A stretch of DNA of 62,625 bases. It comes from Rhynchobatus australiae (Eukaryota). The notes under the pieces are model-generated. The model was not told the origin of the DNA and searched no databases. It saw nothing but the letters and a program-made list of their open reading frames with translations. The translations under genes and the position numbers were made by a program. Positions within the stretch are counted from its first letter, which is position 1. Each line of letters opens with the position of its first letter. Shown here piece after piece: positions 25,108 through 37,801 of this stretch. The stretch lies in assembly GCA_034780895.1 (NCBI GenBank), contig JAUZTB010008443.1, positions 62,001 to 124,625 on the forward strand. The letters are read 5' to 3'.

Positions 25108-28100
25108 TTAATTATAATCGTATTCGCGACGTGCTTTTTTAGCGTATCCTTTTTTGAGTCAGTTCATTATATTATTAACAAGATCACTCTGTTTTACGCC
25201 TTTAGTATAAGCTCTTTCTTCTTCAGCAACGTAAAAGATAGTAATTAAAGGGTTATTATTATGGTAATTAGCTACCGATCTGTCGAATCAATATCAAGGA
25301 TTAGTAATTGGTTTTCCTACTAAAAAGTCACTAAAAGTTTTATGAGTTTTAATGTTTCATGTTTGTTTAATTTCAGGATTAGCATCATAAAATTCTTGTG
25401 CTGCATTTAAAACGCCTTCAGCTCATCAAGGAGAAATTTTGAAAAAGGCTCCTCATAAATATCCTGATCCAATGTTTTGACGGAAAAATAGTTGCATCAA
25501 GATATTAAATCTAAACATTCCTTTATAAGCTTGAGAATATTCAATTTTAGTTTCTGGGTGCCTTTTTACTTCAGCTAAAATAGCTTTCATAAAGCTATCA
25601 GCAAAAGCTTTAGATAAATTTTTAATGAAATGGTAAACATTGGCAAAAGCGCCTGAGAAAATAGCATCGTGCACATCAACACTTACACTCGTTGCACTAT
25701 TAGCGTTTGGAGCTTCACTTTGATTGTTTTTTAGCGCTTCAGGTAGAGCATAAGCTGGTAATAAATTGTGATAAATAATTTTGTAAATACCGTCTTTTCT
25801 TTGAAAATCACTTTTATCAAAAAGTAGATTAATAAAATCAGCCAAGGCTTTACCAAAACCTTCTGCTTGCGTAAAAGTTTGAATTTCAGGTAAAAGATTA
25901 ATTATTTTGGAAAGTTGAATTTGGTTGTAATTGTTAAAGGCTAAACTTTTTAAAGTGTCTAAAATAGTATTTAAAAGTTTTTGCGAAGCTTCTTGATTGA
26001 GCGCATCAATTGTACGTAAGCCATTTAAAACGCCGTCTACTAAAGTGTCGAAAATTTTGGTAGCTGAAGGTAATTGGCGTAAAACAATAGCAAAAAACGG
26101 CGCATAGCGCGAAGCATCTGCTTCTGTAATGCCTAAATTAGTGTTTTTTAGTAATGGCGTTGTGATCATCTTAATGAGTGTTTCAAAATCGGCACTGTCT
26201 TGTTTTAAAACGAATTTCATTAAGTTTTTTAAAGCGTTGCGAAAACGATTGTTATTTTGATCGGCTAATTGATGTAAAGCTTTTAACAATAAATCATCAA
26301 AACTAGTGCTACGAGCAATTAAGGCACGATTTTTATTTACAATAAATAAATCAAAAATGGTAATAAAAAGTTCATGCGCTTCATTAGAATCAGCAATAAT
26401 ATCAGTTACCGATCTTAAAGCATCAACGTTAATCTCTTCAGTTTCTAAAGCTAGTTTTAAAACCGAAGCTAAGAAATGACTATCTTTAATAGTAACGCGA
26501 ATTAAGTCTCAAAGTTTTTCTTTAAACTGATTTATAAAATTTTGATTGTTTAATAAATTAGAACTGCTAATCGCTTTAACGAGTTCTAAAAGACCTTCTT
26601 TAGAACTAATGACACTAAAAATTTGATCAAAACTAAAACCTTTAATGGTGCTTTGGCTTTCGCTTTGATTATTAATATTATTATGAACTAAAGTGATAAT
26701 ACTACTAATATAGTTTGATTGTGAAATGATTCTAAAAAAACTAGGCAAGATCGCTTTAGCTTTTTTAATCATTTCTTGACTTAAAACGATGTTTTTACTG
26801 TTTAAATAAAGACTTAGTTGTGTTAAGCTAAAATCAATTAAAAATTTATTATTTGAAGAAGAAGCAATAGTGGCAAAAAGGTGTTTGGCAAAAGTATTAA
26901 TAATAGCTTTATTTTCAAATAAAATTTTTCTAAAAAGACTGTTAAGATTATTAATTTGCGAAAAGTCGATTTGCGTTTCAACAACACTATTTACAAGTCT
27001 ATTTACAAAATCGCTAAAATAATTTTGTGAAGTAACTTCAGTAACTAAATTATTAAACTGTCTTTTGTCTTCGCTATTAGCTAAAAAATTATTATCAAGT
27101 GCTGAGCTTAAAAGCGGACTAATTATTGCACCCTTACTTATCGTTTTAATGATGCCTTTTAGGGCTAATTTAGTCGCTTGTTTATCTTCAGTATTTAAAC
27201 TTTGAAAAGTTGCTAAAGTTGCTTTAATTAAATTAAAAGGATCAAGATTTTGACTAAAAGTGCTTAGCAATTGTTGTTGATTTAAATTTTCGTTTTGCGC
27301 TAAAGGTTCTAAATAAGCAGCTACTAAATCGATAATTGCTTCTAAGACTTTTTGGTTATTAATTTTTGATGCTAAAACGGTTAAGTTTTGTGCTAAACTA
27401 TCAACTTCACTTTGCGCTAAAGTAACTTCTATTTTGCTTAATAAAAGGGGAATCGTTTTTTTCACTAAACTTAATAAATGAGTATTTGTAAAAAGGTTAC
27501 TTTCAGTGAGGGTCGTTTTAATTAAAGCAGCGACTTTAGTTTTAGAACTTTTAATAAAGTTAACTAAAGCAGCAAAAATTGATTGCGCGTCTACTTCATT
27601 TTGACTTTGCACAAACTCTTTAAAAATGCTAATTATTTGTGGAAAGTCTAAATCGTTTAAAACAGTTTTTAAAAGTTCTTTAAAATCAGAATCTAAGTTG
27701 CTAAATTCTGCACCTAAAGTAAAATTATTTAAAACTAAATTTTGTAGACTAGGAGCTTTTGCCAAAGTGCCTATGACAAGACTTAAATTGTCCAAAAAGT
27801 CTTGATTATTTAAAAGTCGATTTATGCCTGGATCATTAATAAAACTGTTAATTAAATGTCAAATAATAGCAATTTCGGAATTGGCTTCAATTTTTAAAAC
27901 TTTTTTAATTTGTGATAAAGACAAAGCCTCGATATCTAAAAGATGATCCATTGCTAAGTGGATTATTTTTTCTAAAAAAGGACTTGAATTTAAAGTTTTA
28001 GCAAAATCATGAATTAAGGCTTTAGTGGCCTTTTTAAACTTAGCGCTAGCTTCATCGTTTAAATCTAAATCTTTTAAAAAGTTGGCCACAAAAAGATTCG

Positions 28101-31100
28101 TTAAAGGATCTAAAATAGTTGTTAATTGGTTATTATTACTAATTTCTTGGATTAAGTTAATGATCGTTGCTTTGGAAGCTTTGAAGAGCGTTTTAATTAA
28201 TGCAGGAAAGTTTTGAGCTTCTTTTAGAGTATCAAAATTAAGATCAAAAGCATCAATAATTTGCTTTATAAAAGTGTTTAAATTAGGAAGATTAAAAATG
28301 AAATCAACAATTTTATTAAGATCAGAAGCGAGCGAAGAATCAGCCACAATTAAGTTTCTTAAAGCGTCTTTAAGAAACTTTTGAGCGCTTTGATCATGAA
28401 AAAGTTTTTCTACAACTTTGGCAACAATTTTTAATAGTTTGTTTCTCTTTTGGGGATTGTTTAAAAGTTGAGAATCATTTAAAAGACTGTGTAAGAGACT
28501 AAAAATATCTTCACTATTTAAATTAATATTAATGACATTTAAATTAGTAAAATCAAGATTAGTTACTAAATCACTAATGATTTTTTGGAAGCTCTTTTGA
28601 GTGCTTAAAGTTCTTAAACTTTCATGTACAAACTGCTTAACTAAAGCGTTTTCTTCTAAACTTAATTGTAAGTTTAACTTACTAAAAATAAAAGGTATAA
28701 AACGATTCAAAGCAGCTTCGAAGCGAGCATTTTGACTTAAGCTTAAACTTTGAAAAAGAGTTTCAACAAAGCTTACAATTGCTTCTTGATTATTAATTAA
28801 AAGCGTTTTGAGAAAAAGCTGGAAAGAATCTTTTTCTAAGTAAAGTTCCTTATTACTAAAAAGATTACTAATGATACTATCAACTAAGTTAGCACTTTGT
28901 AAAGAACTGAAAATGGAAGCGAATATTTCAGGCAACGCTGAAGCTTTAAGATCTTGGGCTTCTAGAGGAAGAGCCTGAGCTACTAGTTCACCAATCAAAT
29001 CAGATCTTAAAAGTGCTTTGATAACTATTTTAAAATCGTTTTCATTTTTTTCTGTAATTAAATTGTTTAATAAAGGTTTTACAAAAAGATAAATACTATC
29101 GAGCTGCTCAGCAAAGGGTGCCTCGGAATTATAATTAGGCACTAGAGCTTTTAAAATTTCTTGAAGTAATTCTTGGAAATTAAAACTTTGATGAGCTTCT
29201 AAATAGTCTAAAGAAGTATTGATGATTTTGTCAAGATTAGCTTCACTTAAAAGCATTTGTGAATTATTAAAAACTAAGTTTAGAGCTGAACTAAAAAATT
29301 GGGGATCAAAACTTTGAGTTAAATTAGTGTTTTCTAAGAAAGCCTTAAGAATTAATTTAAAGTCTTCTTTATTTTCCTTTTTAAATAAAGTTAGAACTAA
29401 GTTTTTGAGAAAAGCGCCAAGAGGTTCTTTAGTTTCAATAACTAATTTTTGTAAGGCTTGTATAACGTTTGGCGCTTCTAAAATTAAATCTAATTTATCA
29501 ATTAGTTTAAAACTGAAACTTTTTAAATTTTCTACAAGTTGTGATTCATTAACTAAAGCTCTTAATAAGCTTTGTAATTTTTGATTAAGCTCTTCATTAA
29601 AACTAGCAATTTCTAAATTATTAATTAAGCCATTAAGCGAATTAGTGCTCAAAAGATCGTTAATTATGATTTTTAAATTATTAATGGTTGCTTCTTCTTT
29701 TAGAAAGTTTTTAAGAGCAGGATTTTTTAATAATTCAAAAAATTTGTTTAATGAAGCTAGACCTTGCTCTTCAAATTTTTGAGCACTAGGTAAACCTAAA
29801 AGTTGACTTACAAGATTTTGCTCAGAATCGATATTAGCCAAATTAACTAAGAATAAATCATAAACTTGGTCAATAAAGGAATCATCAGTTAGTACAGAAA
29901 CTAAGCCTTGAATAAGTTTTTGTAGTGCTTTTTGACTTTGAGGACTAAAGTTTTGCACTAAAGGCATCAGTTTTAAACTTATTTGTTGACTAATAATTTT
30001 GAGAATTGTGCTGTGCGCTGGATCATCGTTTAATTTTTTAAATAAGTATTTTAAATATGTAACTATTACTTCTTTAGAATTAGTTAAAACTGTGACTAAA
30101 AGTTGATTAGCACTTTTGGTTTCACTAATGGCATTTAAATTATTGAAAAAAATGTCAATCATGTTACTGACGAAAAGACTAGTTTCTTCAGTGCTTGTTA
30201 AACTTTGAATAAAATTTGCTAAATTTTCTTGATCTTGTTCATCAAGATTTAATTTTAAAGTGCGATTTAAAAGATTTGTAGCCCAAGCACCAATTTCATT
30301 ATTGCTTAGAATAATTTGAATCGTTTTTTTTAATAAATTTTTGTAATTTTCTTTTTTTTCTTGATCTTGAAAATAGGAATGAGAACTAAAATATTTTAAA
30401 AGCGGCAATAAATCGTCTTTTAAAAAACGATTTATAAAAAGATTAATATTGAAACTATTAATTAAAGTTTCTGAATTAGCTTCTGGCTCTAACGTTTTTA
30501 ATAAAGTTTTTAAAACACGATTAATTACTTTAGCGTCATTAAAAATTTTTAAGTTTTCTAAAACGAAACTTTTTAAGGTAGCAATTTGCTCTTCGTTTAA
30601 TGACAAATTGTATTTTTGATTTAAAACTTTAATTCCCGAAATTAAAACTTTTTTAACTTGCGGTTCTTGATTTTTTAAAAGATCGGAAAAGATGTCACTA
30701 AGAAGTTCTGAAATAATTTCTTGATTATTTTTTAAAAAGGCAGTAAGTAGTGAACTTAAAGAATCAATTTGTAAATAATTTTCACGGTTTTTAACTAAAT
30801 CATCAAAAAGAGCACCGACAAATTTACCTACTTTTGAAGTTAAATTGTATTTTTCGATAATTTCACTAAGGTTTTTGGCAAGTTCTTCGCTTGGCCCTGA
30901 ACCTGCAAAAATTGGTGTAATTAAAGAGCGTAAAGCTTCATTATTAATTAAGCTTTCCACTAAAGGTACAAAAACAGCTTTTAATTCTTTTGCTTTTTCT
31001 TTATTTTTAATAAACTCAGAATTTAAAAACGCTTTCAATAAAGGAATGTAACGATCGTAATTTGATAAAGCTTTTTTTAATGAGCCTAAAAGTAAGTCTT

Positions 31101-32700
31101 TAGAAATTGGCGTTTTTTTGTCTAAAGTAGTAGCATCTACTTCTTTTTGAACATCGTTTATTAAATCAACAAAGAAATCACTTTCAACGATTGGATTAAT
31201 TAATAAAGTTAAATTTTGAGCATCATCTTTTAAAAGAAAATCAACGAAATTACGCATTTCATCGGAACTTGAAAAAGTTTCGTTATTTTTCAAAAATTCA
31301 AGCCCAAAACGTAAGTAAGTTTTATTAATAAGAGCGTTTAAAACACGTCTGCTAAAGTGATTAACATTAAAAAGGTGACTATATTTTTGAATGCGAGCTT
31401 CAGCTAATAAATCACGATTGTGATCAAGACCTAAAATTTGATTAGTAATGCTATTTTCTTCTACATCTTCAAAAACAATTTTCTTTTTCGCAGATAAAAA
31501 ATCGCTTGCTGTAAAGGCTTTGTCCCAATCACTATTTAATTTTTCTAGTTCTTGGCTATTGTAATTAGTTCGATTAATAGTGAGCTTCAGAAAAACTTCT
31601 TGAGCCATTTTTTTATAACCGTGTTCACTAGGGTGAATGTCAAAAATGGCATCACTTAAATAGTTAGCGTCTTCGCCTCAAGTACGTTTATTGAAAACGT
31701 TAATGTATTGCATATTATCATCAGAAGTCATTAACGATTTAGCAATTCCGTTTAAACTATCTAATAAAAATTCGCTTAGCGTTCCTGTTCCTAAACTTAA
31801 ATTTGCCGTTAAATTATCAATTAAGTTTTTCAGTCTTAGTAAAGGCATTGGATAAGAAACAAAATTGATTGTTACTTTTGGGTTTACTTTACGAATATTT
31901 TTAATTAATTTTTGATAACGTTTATTTATTTCGCTAGAAATATTTGAGAGTAAAGAGCTAGCAAATTCGATGAGCTCACGGGTACTATTTTCTGGGGCGT
32001 TTAATTTCTTAATTAATTCATTAAAATCGAAGCCATTTAAAAGTAGTTCAATAAAATCATTAGCACCTAAAGAAATAGTTAAAAGATTAGCATCAGCTAA
32101 TCTAGCTAAAAAGTCTTTTCGTTTAGCTTCATAATCGTCTTTTCAAAAAATTCTTAAGCCTGCTTCGTTACTATTTTCAAAAAGCTGATTTCACTGTTTC
32201 GTAGTTGAGCTAGTAATTCCAAAATTCTTATAAGCAGCTAAACGATTAGCTTCAATTTCGTTAATAAACTGGGCAATAAAGGAAGGATAAGAAAGGCCAG
32301 TAATGGTTTTTTGATCATTATCTACAGTTAACTCTCCAGGATAATCTTTTGCTAATTTAGAATTAAAACCAGCTACGATTGAATCGCCAAAGGCTAAATA
32401 TTTAATATCGTCTGTAATTAATGTTTCATCAATTGATTTATCAATTGGTACTTCATTATCGTTTTGATTAGTATTTTGGTTATTGCTATTATTAGTATTA
32501 TTGTTATTTGCAGAAGCATCTTGCCCAGAATTATTATTTGCTGCGGCATTTTCATCTGTACTCGCATTAGGCGTATCAACTGATTTTACGCGTCTGTTAC
32601 TATCGGTATTAGCAACATAAATGCCAACACCGACTGCTGCCGAAGTTGTAACAACGCCAGCAGTACCGAGTAAAATCTTTAATTTTTTACTAATTTTCAT
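25108..32700 (-). CDS. Giant surface SGNH/GDSL lipase with a helical repeat region, 2530 aa
   Basis: N-terminal signal/anchor without a lipobox Cys, Asn-rich linker, YLAFGDSIVAGF, SLGAND, FDIHPSEHGY; four ORF-track pieces share one frame. Confidence 0.85.
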
Positions 32701-32870
32701 AATTACCTGCTTTAGTTACTTTGTTAATAATATTATTAAATTGCGAAGTAGTGCTTCTTGATTCATGAGAACGGAAATTATTATAATTAATAATAAAAAA
32801 TCTTGCTAATAATTTTTGGGTTTTGCTTTTTTTATTGCAAAAGTCCTAATTAGTTTTTTTTATTAGATTT

Positions 32871-33209
32871 TTAATCTTGTGCAAGGGCACATTGGCAATA
32901 AAGATCGCGATAATCGTTAATTTCTAAAATTGAATCAAGTAAATGTGAATACGTTTGGCGTACAAAGGGAGCAATTTCGTAATGACGGTTACGATTTTCT
33001 TTGGAAAAAGAAACAATCCCACTGCGACGCAAAGACATTAAATGTTTACTAATATTGCTTTGCGTTGCCATTTGTTGTGCTACTAAAAAATTGACGTTGC
33101 ATTTACCACAAATGCAACTGTAAAGATGAATAATTAAATTCAACTTTTTTTCTGAAGCGAGCGCTTTTAGAAAAACTTCTAAAGAAACGACCTTACCATC
33201 CATATTCAT
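32871..33209 (-). CDS. ArsR/SmtB-family transcriptional regulator (likely start 33203)
   Basis: FLKALASEKKLNLI, TQSNISKHLMSLRRSGIV, RHYEI winged HTH; CICGKC and CQC clusters. Confidence 0.85.
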   Translation of the reverse strand: MNMDGKVVSLEVFLKALASEKKLNLIIHLYSCICGKCNVNFLVAQQMATQSNISKHLMSLRRSGIVSFSKENRNRHYEIAPFVRQTYSHLLDSILEINDYRDLYCQCALAQD

Positions 33210-33340
33210 ATTATATAGTTTAAATATTTATTCCTTAAATAAGAAAAGTGTTCGATTTTTAGCTTTTAAATTTAATTTTTTCAAAAATGTGAAAATAAAT
33301 AAAAAAATCACTTTTTTATTAAAGTTAATTTTTTTAAGTT

Positions 33341-36280
33341 TTAAGCACTTTGTTCATTAGCAACTAATTCTTTAGCATCTTCTAATTTAAGCGTGAAAAA
33401 AGAGGAAACGCCTCGTTTTTGCATGGTTACGCCAATTAGCTGATCAACGCGGCTCATTGTCCCATGACGGTGGGTAATTATTAAAAATTGCGTTTTATTT
33501 TTTAACTCTTGTAAGTATTCAGCATAACGAATGACATTAGTTTCATCCAAAGCGGCTTCCACTTCATCAAGTATACACAAAGCTAGAGGACGTGCTTTTA
33601 AAATAGCAAAGAGTAAAGAAATAGCAATGAGACTTTTTTCGCCGCCAGAAAAAAGTTTTAAGTTCTTAACGGTTTTACCTGGGGGCTGAGCCAAAATTTC
33701 GACTCCTGAATTTAAAATATCATTTTCATCAATGAATTTAGTCGTGGCAGCACCGCCACCAAACATCTTTTTAAAAACTAAATTGAATTCATGACTAATT
33801 TCTTCCATGATTTTACTCATGCGTTCAATAATATTTTTATCAAGTGCCATAATTGCGCTTTCAAATTTTAGTTTTGTTTCAGTAATTTCGGCTTCGGTTT
33901 CTTTGTATTCATTATAACGTTCAGAAATTTCTTCAAAACTTTGAATCGCTTCGAGATCAATATTACCGAGTTTTTTGATTTCGTTACTAAGTTCTGAAAC
34001 AATTGCTTCTGCTTCTTCTTCAGGCAGCTTCAGTTTGTAAGTTTCAGAAGCTAACTCTAAAGTCATATGGTAAAACTCGCTTAAGCGTTTGTGATTATTT
34101 TCAATGATGAAATGGGCGCGATCACGATCACGAATTACTTTGGCAAAGGCGTTATTTAAATTTCTCAATGATTTTTCAAGTTCTAATTTCTCATTACTTA
34201 AACGGTTGTAATCAAGGTTTAAATTTGCAACTCTTTCAGCTTTTGCGCGCTTATCAACACTTAAAAAAATTTGTTTTGCTTCTAAGTTATTTTTTTGTGT
34301 TACTAAGCTTTGATCTTCGTCTTTTAAAGTTAAATCAAGCTTAGAAATAGTTTCAAATTCAGCGCTTAGTTTCTGGAAACTGATTTCATCATTTTCGCAA
34401 TTAGTAGCTATTTTGGTTTTTTCAATAGTGAGCTCAGAAATAGCAGAAATTAAATTTTGTCGTTGTGCTTCTTTAACTAAAATTTGGTTGTTAAGACGTT
34501 GTCGATTTTCTTCTAAAGTAGGAATAATAGTTTGCAGTTTTTGAATTTGTTTTTCAAGGCCAATAAAGTTAGTCACAACTTGTGAGGTGCCACCAGTAAT
34601 AACGCCACCTGCTTTAATGATATCGCCATCTAAAGTAGCAATGACATATCGGTGTTTTAAGAAGCTATCAAGAGTTTTGGCAACGTCTATATCTTCGACT
34701 ACTAAAATATTTCCTAAAAGTGCCTTTTTAAAGATTTCAAATTTTGGTTCAACCGAAACTAGATCAGCAGCAATCCCTACTAATCCAGGATGACCCGAGA
34801 TTGCAATTTGATGTTCTTTTGGTATGCTTCGAGGACGGATTGATTGTAAGGGAATGAAAGTGGCGCGACCACCGTTATTTTGCTTCAAAAATTTAATGGC
34901 TTTAGTCGCAACTGATGAATTATCAACGACTATGTGTTGTAAAGCGTTTGCTAAAATAGTCTCAATGGCTACTGCATATTCCTCAGCAATAGTTAAAATA
35001 TCGAGCACTAAACCGTGCACCCCTTTAAATAAAGATTTATGGTCTAATATTGTTTTTACACCTTTAAAAACGTTAGTACGATTTTCAAGATGATCTTTTA
35101 AAATGGAGATCTTTGTACTAGTTTGATTAATTCTTTTAGTTTCTTTATTAGCTTCAATTCTTAACTCATTAATAGCTTTTTCTAAAACACTAATTTGTGA
35201 ACGCGTTAAGTTTAGTTTTGCTTCAAAAGATTGGTTTTGTTCTTGGTAAAAATTAATACGTGTTTTAAGAGCGTGTAACTGCGCTTTGACTGCTTCTTTT
35301 TTTTCTTCTGTAGAAGCTTTTAGTTCACCGCTAATAATTAATTCGCGTCTTTGTTCTTCGCGACTTACAATATTTTTTAAATTAATTAAGTCCTTATTAA
35401 TTAAATCTAATTCTTGATTAATTTTTAAGATTTGATTTTCATTTTGAAGACGTTCATGAATAGTATTTTTGATTTCATTTTCAGTTTTAAAAATATTTTC
35501 TTCTAAACTTTCTTTAGTTTCTTGAACGCCTTCTAATTTTGCTTCTAAATTAACTAGTTCTTCTTTAAAGAAAGTTAATTTATAAACTAAAAGACCAATT
35601 TCTATTTCCTTTAATTGTTTACTTTTACTAAGGTAAATTTTGGCTTTTTCAGCCTTCTTTTTTAAAGGTTCCAATTGCTTTTCTAGCTCTTTAATAACGA
35701 TGCGAATTTGTTCTAAATAAGTTTGTGTGTTTTCTAATTTTCTTTGAGTATCAATTTTACGGAATTTGTATTTACTAACTCCAGCCGCTTCTTCAAAAAT
35801 TAATCGTCTTGATTCAGGTGATGCTTGAGCAATATCAGAAATTGTCCCTTGAGAAATAATGGCTAAGGACGATTTGGAAATTCCGGATTCAAAAACAAGC
35901 GCTTTGATATCTTTAAAACGCACGATTTGATCGTTAATATAATAATTATTTTTGGCCCCACCGCGAAATAATTCGCGCGTAATTTTGATTGTATCTTGAG
36001 GAATAGAAACGCTGCGATCGCGATTATCAAAAGTTAAAGTGACAATCGCTTTATTTAAAGGCTTAACGTTTTTAGATCCTGAAAAAATAACATCCTCCAT
36101 AGAATCACCGCGTAAAGATTTGCTTGATTGTTCGCCTAAAACCCATTTAATAGCATCATTAATATTACTTTTACCAGAACCATTAGGACCGACAACACCG
36201 ACAAGTTCACCGCTAAAATGTAAATGCACTGGATCGGCAAAAGATTTAAAACCATGGGCAAAAATTTTTGTTAATTTCAA
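33341..36280 (-). CDS. smc: Chromosome segregation protein SMC (P115-like)
   Basis: GFKSF, GPNGSGKSN, hinge GRATFIPL, SGGEK signature, ILDEVEAALD, ITHR; TTG start with SD GTAGGA. Confidence 0.96.
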   Translation of the reverse strand: MKLTKIFAHGFKSFADPVHLHFSGELVGVVGPNGSGKSNINDAIKWVLGEQSSKSLRGDSMEDVIFSGSKNVKPLNKAIVTLTFDNRDRSVSIPQDTIKITRELFRGGAKNNYYINDQIVRFKDIKALVFESGISKSSLAIISQGTISDIAQASPESRRLIFEEAAGVSKYKFRKIDTQRKLENTQTYLEQIRIVIKELEKQLEPLKKKAEKAKIYLSKSKQLKEIEIGLLVYKLTFFKEELVNLEAKLEGVQETKESLEENIFKTENEIKNTIHERLQNENQILKINQELDLINKDLINLKNIVSREEQRRELIISGELKASTEEKKEAVKAQLHALKTRINFYQEQNQSFEAKLNLTRSQISVLEKAINELRIEANKETKRINQTSTKISILKDHLENRTNVFKGVKTILDHKSLFKGVHGLVLDILTIAEEYAVAIETILANALQHIVVDNSSVATKAIKFLKQNNGGRATFIPLQSIRPRSIPKEHQIAISGHPGLVGIAADLVSVEPKFEIFKKALLGNILVVEDIDVAKTLDSFLKHRYVIATLDGDIIKAGGVITGGTSQVVTNFIGLEKQIQKLQTIIPTLEENRQRLNNQILVKEAQRQNLISAISELTIEKTKIATNCENDEISFQKLSAEFETISKLDLTLKDEDQSLVTQKNNLEAKQIFLSVDKRAKAERVANLNLDYNRLSNEKLELEKSLRNLNNAFAKVIRDRDRAHFIIENNHKRLSEFYHMTLELASETYKLKLPEEEAEAIVSELSNEIKKLGNIDLEAIQSFEEISERYNEYKETEAEITETKLKFESAIMALDKNIIERMSKIMEEISHEFNLVFKKMFGGGAATTKFIDENDILNSGVEILAQPPGKTVKNLKLFSGGEKSLIAISLLFAILKARPLALCILDEVEAALDETNVIRYAEYLQELKNKTQFLIITHRHGTMSRVDQLIGVTMQKRGVSSFFTLKLEDAKELVANEQSA

Positions 36281-36538
36281 AATTTCCTACTTTCAGTAAA
36301 CGTTACTCTGCTTTAATAAATAATACTTGATTATCAACTAATAAACGTTTTTATTACAAAATTAAGTGTTTGAGTTTAGATAAAGCGCATTTTATATAGT
36401 GCTTTTTTAGTTCTCATTACTTACCATTTTAAATTGCTGATCAATAAAGATAAAAAACAAAAGTGAAATTTAGAAACAATTTCAAAAAGAATGAACAAGC
36501 TTAAGAAAGGAAGAGCAATAATTTAATATAATCAAGCT

Positions 36539-37798
36539 ATGTATAAAGAAATTGAACTAAACGATAAAGAAATTGCTAAGGCAATTAATAGTGAACTAAA
36601 AAGACAACAACTCCATATTGAACTTATCGCTTCGGAAAATTACGTTTCCGAAGACGTATTAAAAGCAACAGGATCAGTTTTAACTAATAAATACGGTGAA
36701 GGCTATCCTAAAAGACGTTATTATGGCTCTTGTGAAAACGTTGATCGTGTTGAATCTTTAGCTATTGCTCGAGCCCAAGAGCTTTTCAAAGTTAATTATG
36801 TTAATGTTCAACCGTATTCTGGTTCGGTCGCTAATGCAGCTGCATTAGCGACTTTAGCTCCTTTAGGAGGAAAGGTTTTTGGTTTGGAACTCTCTTCAGG
36901 AGGTCATTTAACCCATGGTTTTAAAATTAGTTTCAGCGGAATTTTTTATGATGCGCACACTTATACAGTAGCTGAAAATGGTTTTTTAGACTATCAAAAA
37001 ATTTTAGAAGCAGCGCAACGCATTAAACCTGATGTAATTATCGCTGGTTATACAGCTTATTCAAGAGTCGTTGATTTTCAAAAGTTTCGCGCTATTGCTG
37101 ATAGCGTTGGCGCAAAACTGTTAGCAGATATTTCTCATATTTCTGGCTTTGTCATTACTGGCCTACACCCAAGTCCTATTCCTTATGCGCACTTAACTAT
37201 GACTACGACTCATAAAACTTTAAGAGGTGCTCGTGGTGCTATTTTAATGACTAATGATAGCGAAATTGCTAAAAAGATGAACCGCTGGGTTTTTCCTGGT
37301 TATCAAGGCGGTCCTTTATTTCACAGTATTGCCGGGAAAGCGGTAGCTTTTTTAGAAGCACAACAACCTTTTTATCATCAATACATTGCTCAAGTACAAA
37401 AAAATGCCCAAGCTTTTGCCCAAGCTTTCTTAGATAAAAAAGTTGAAATTGTTACTGGGGGTACCGATAATCATTTATTTACTATCAATGTGAAAAATTC
37501 GTATCAAATTACTGGTAAAAAAGCTGAAGAAACTTTGGAAAAAGTTAATATCACAACTAATAAAAATACTGTTCCTTTTGATACTGAATCGCCTTTTATT
37601 GGCTCAGGTTTACGTTTGGGCAGCCCAGCCATGACTTCGCGTAATTTAAAAGTTAAAGATTTTCAAAAAATTGCAGATTTTATCGATCGCGCTTTAAAAA
37701 ATCATGACTCAGAAATTTATTTAGCAAATTTAAAAAATGAAGTTTTAGCGTTTGTTAAACAATTTCCCATTATTAAAAATTTTTATTTAGGTCAATAA
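36539..37798 (+). CDS. glyA: Serine hydroxymethyltransferase
   Basis: [35 protein letters not shown] (PLP Lys), GLRLGSPA. Confidence 0.98.
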   Translation: MYKEIELNDKEIAKAINSELKRQQLHIELIASENYVSEDVLKATGSVLTNKYGEGYPKRRYYGSCENVDRVESLAIARAQELFKVNYVNVQPYSGSVANAAALATLAPLGGKVFGLELSSGGHLTHGFKISFSGIFYDAHTYTVAENGFLDYQKILEAAQRIKPDVIIAGYTAYSRVVDFQKFRAIADSVGAKLLADISHISGFVITGLHPSPIPYAHLTMTTTHKTLRGARGAILMTNDSEIAKKMNRWVFPGYQGGPLFHSIAGKAVAFLEAQQPFYHQYIAQVQKNAQAFAQAFLDKKVEIVTGGTDNHLFTINVKNSYQITGKKAEETLEKVNITTNKNTVPFDTESPFIGSGLRLGSPAMTSRNLKVKDFQKIADFIDRALKNHDSEIYLANLKNEVLAFVKQFPIIKNFYLGQ

Positions 37799-37801
37799 AA
37801 A

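Noticed and set aside
32455-32570. AAT/AAC-rich low-complexity tract as a tandem repeat or CRISPR
   Set aside because: It encodes the Asn-rich linker of the giant lipase and has no regular repeat-spacer structure.
33341-36280. Short SMC (979 aa) as a novel defence or Wadjet-type ATPase
   Set aside because: It has a canonical hinge and head motifs, the size is normal for mycoplasma P115/SMC, and no jet-like partner genes are present.
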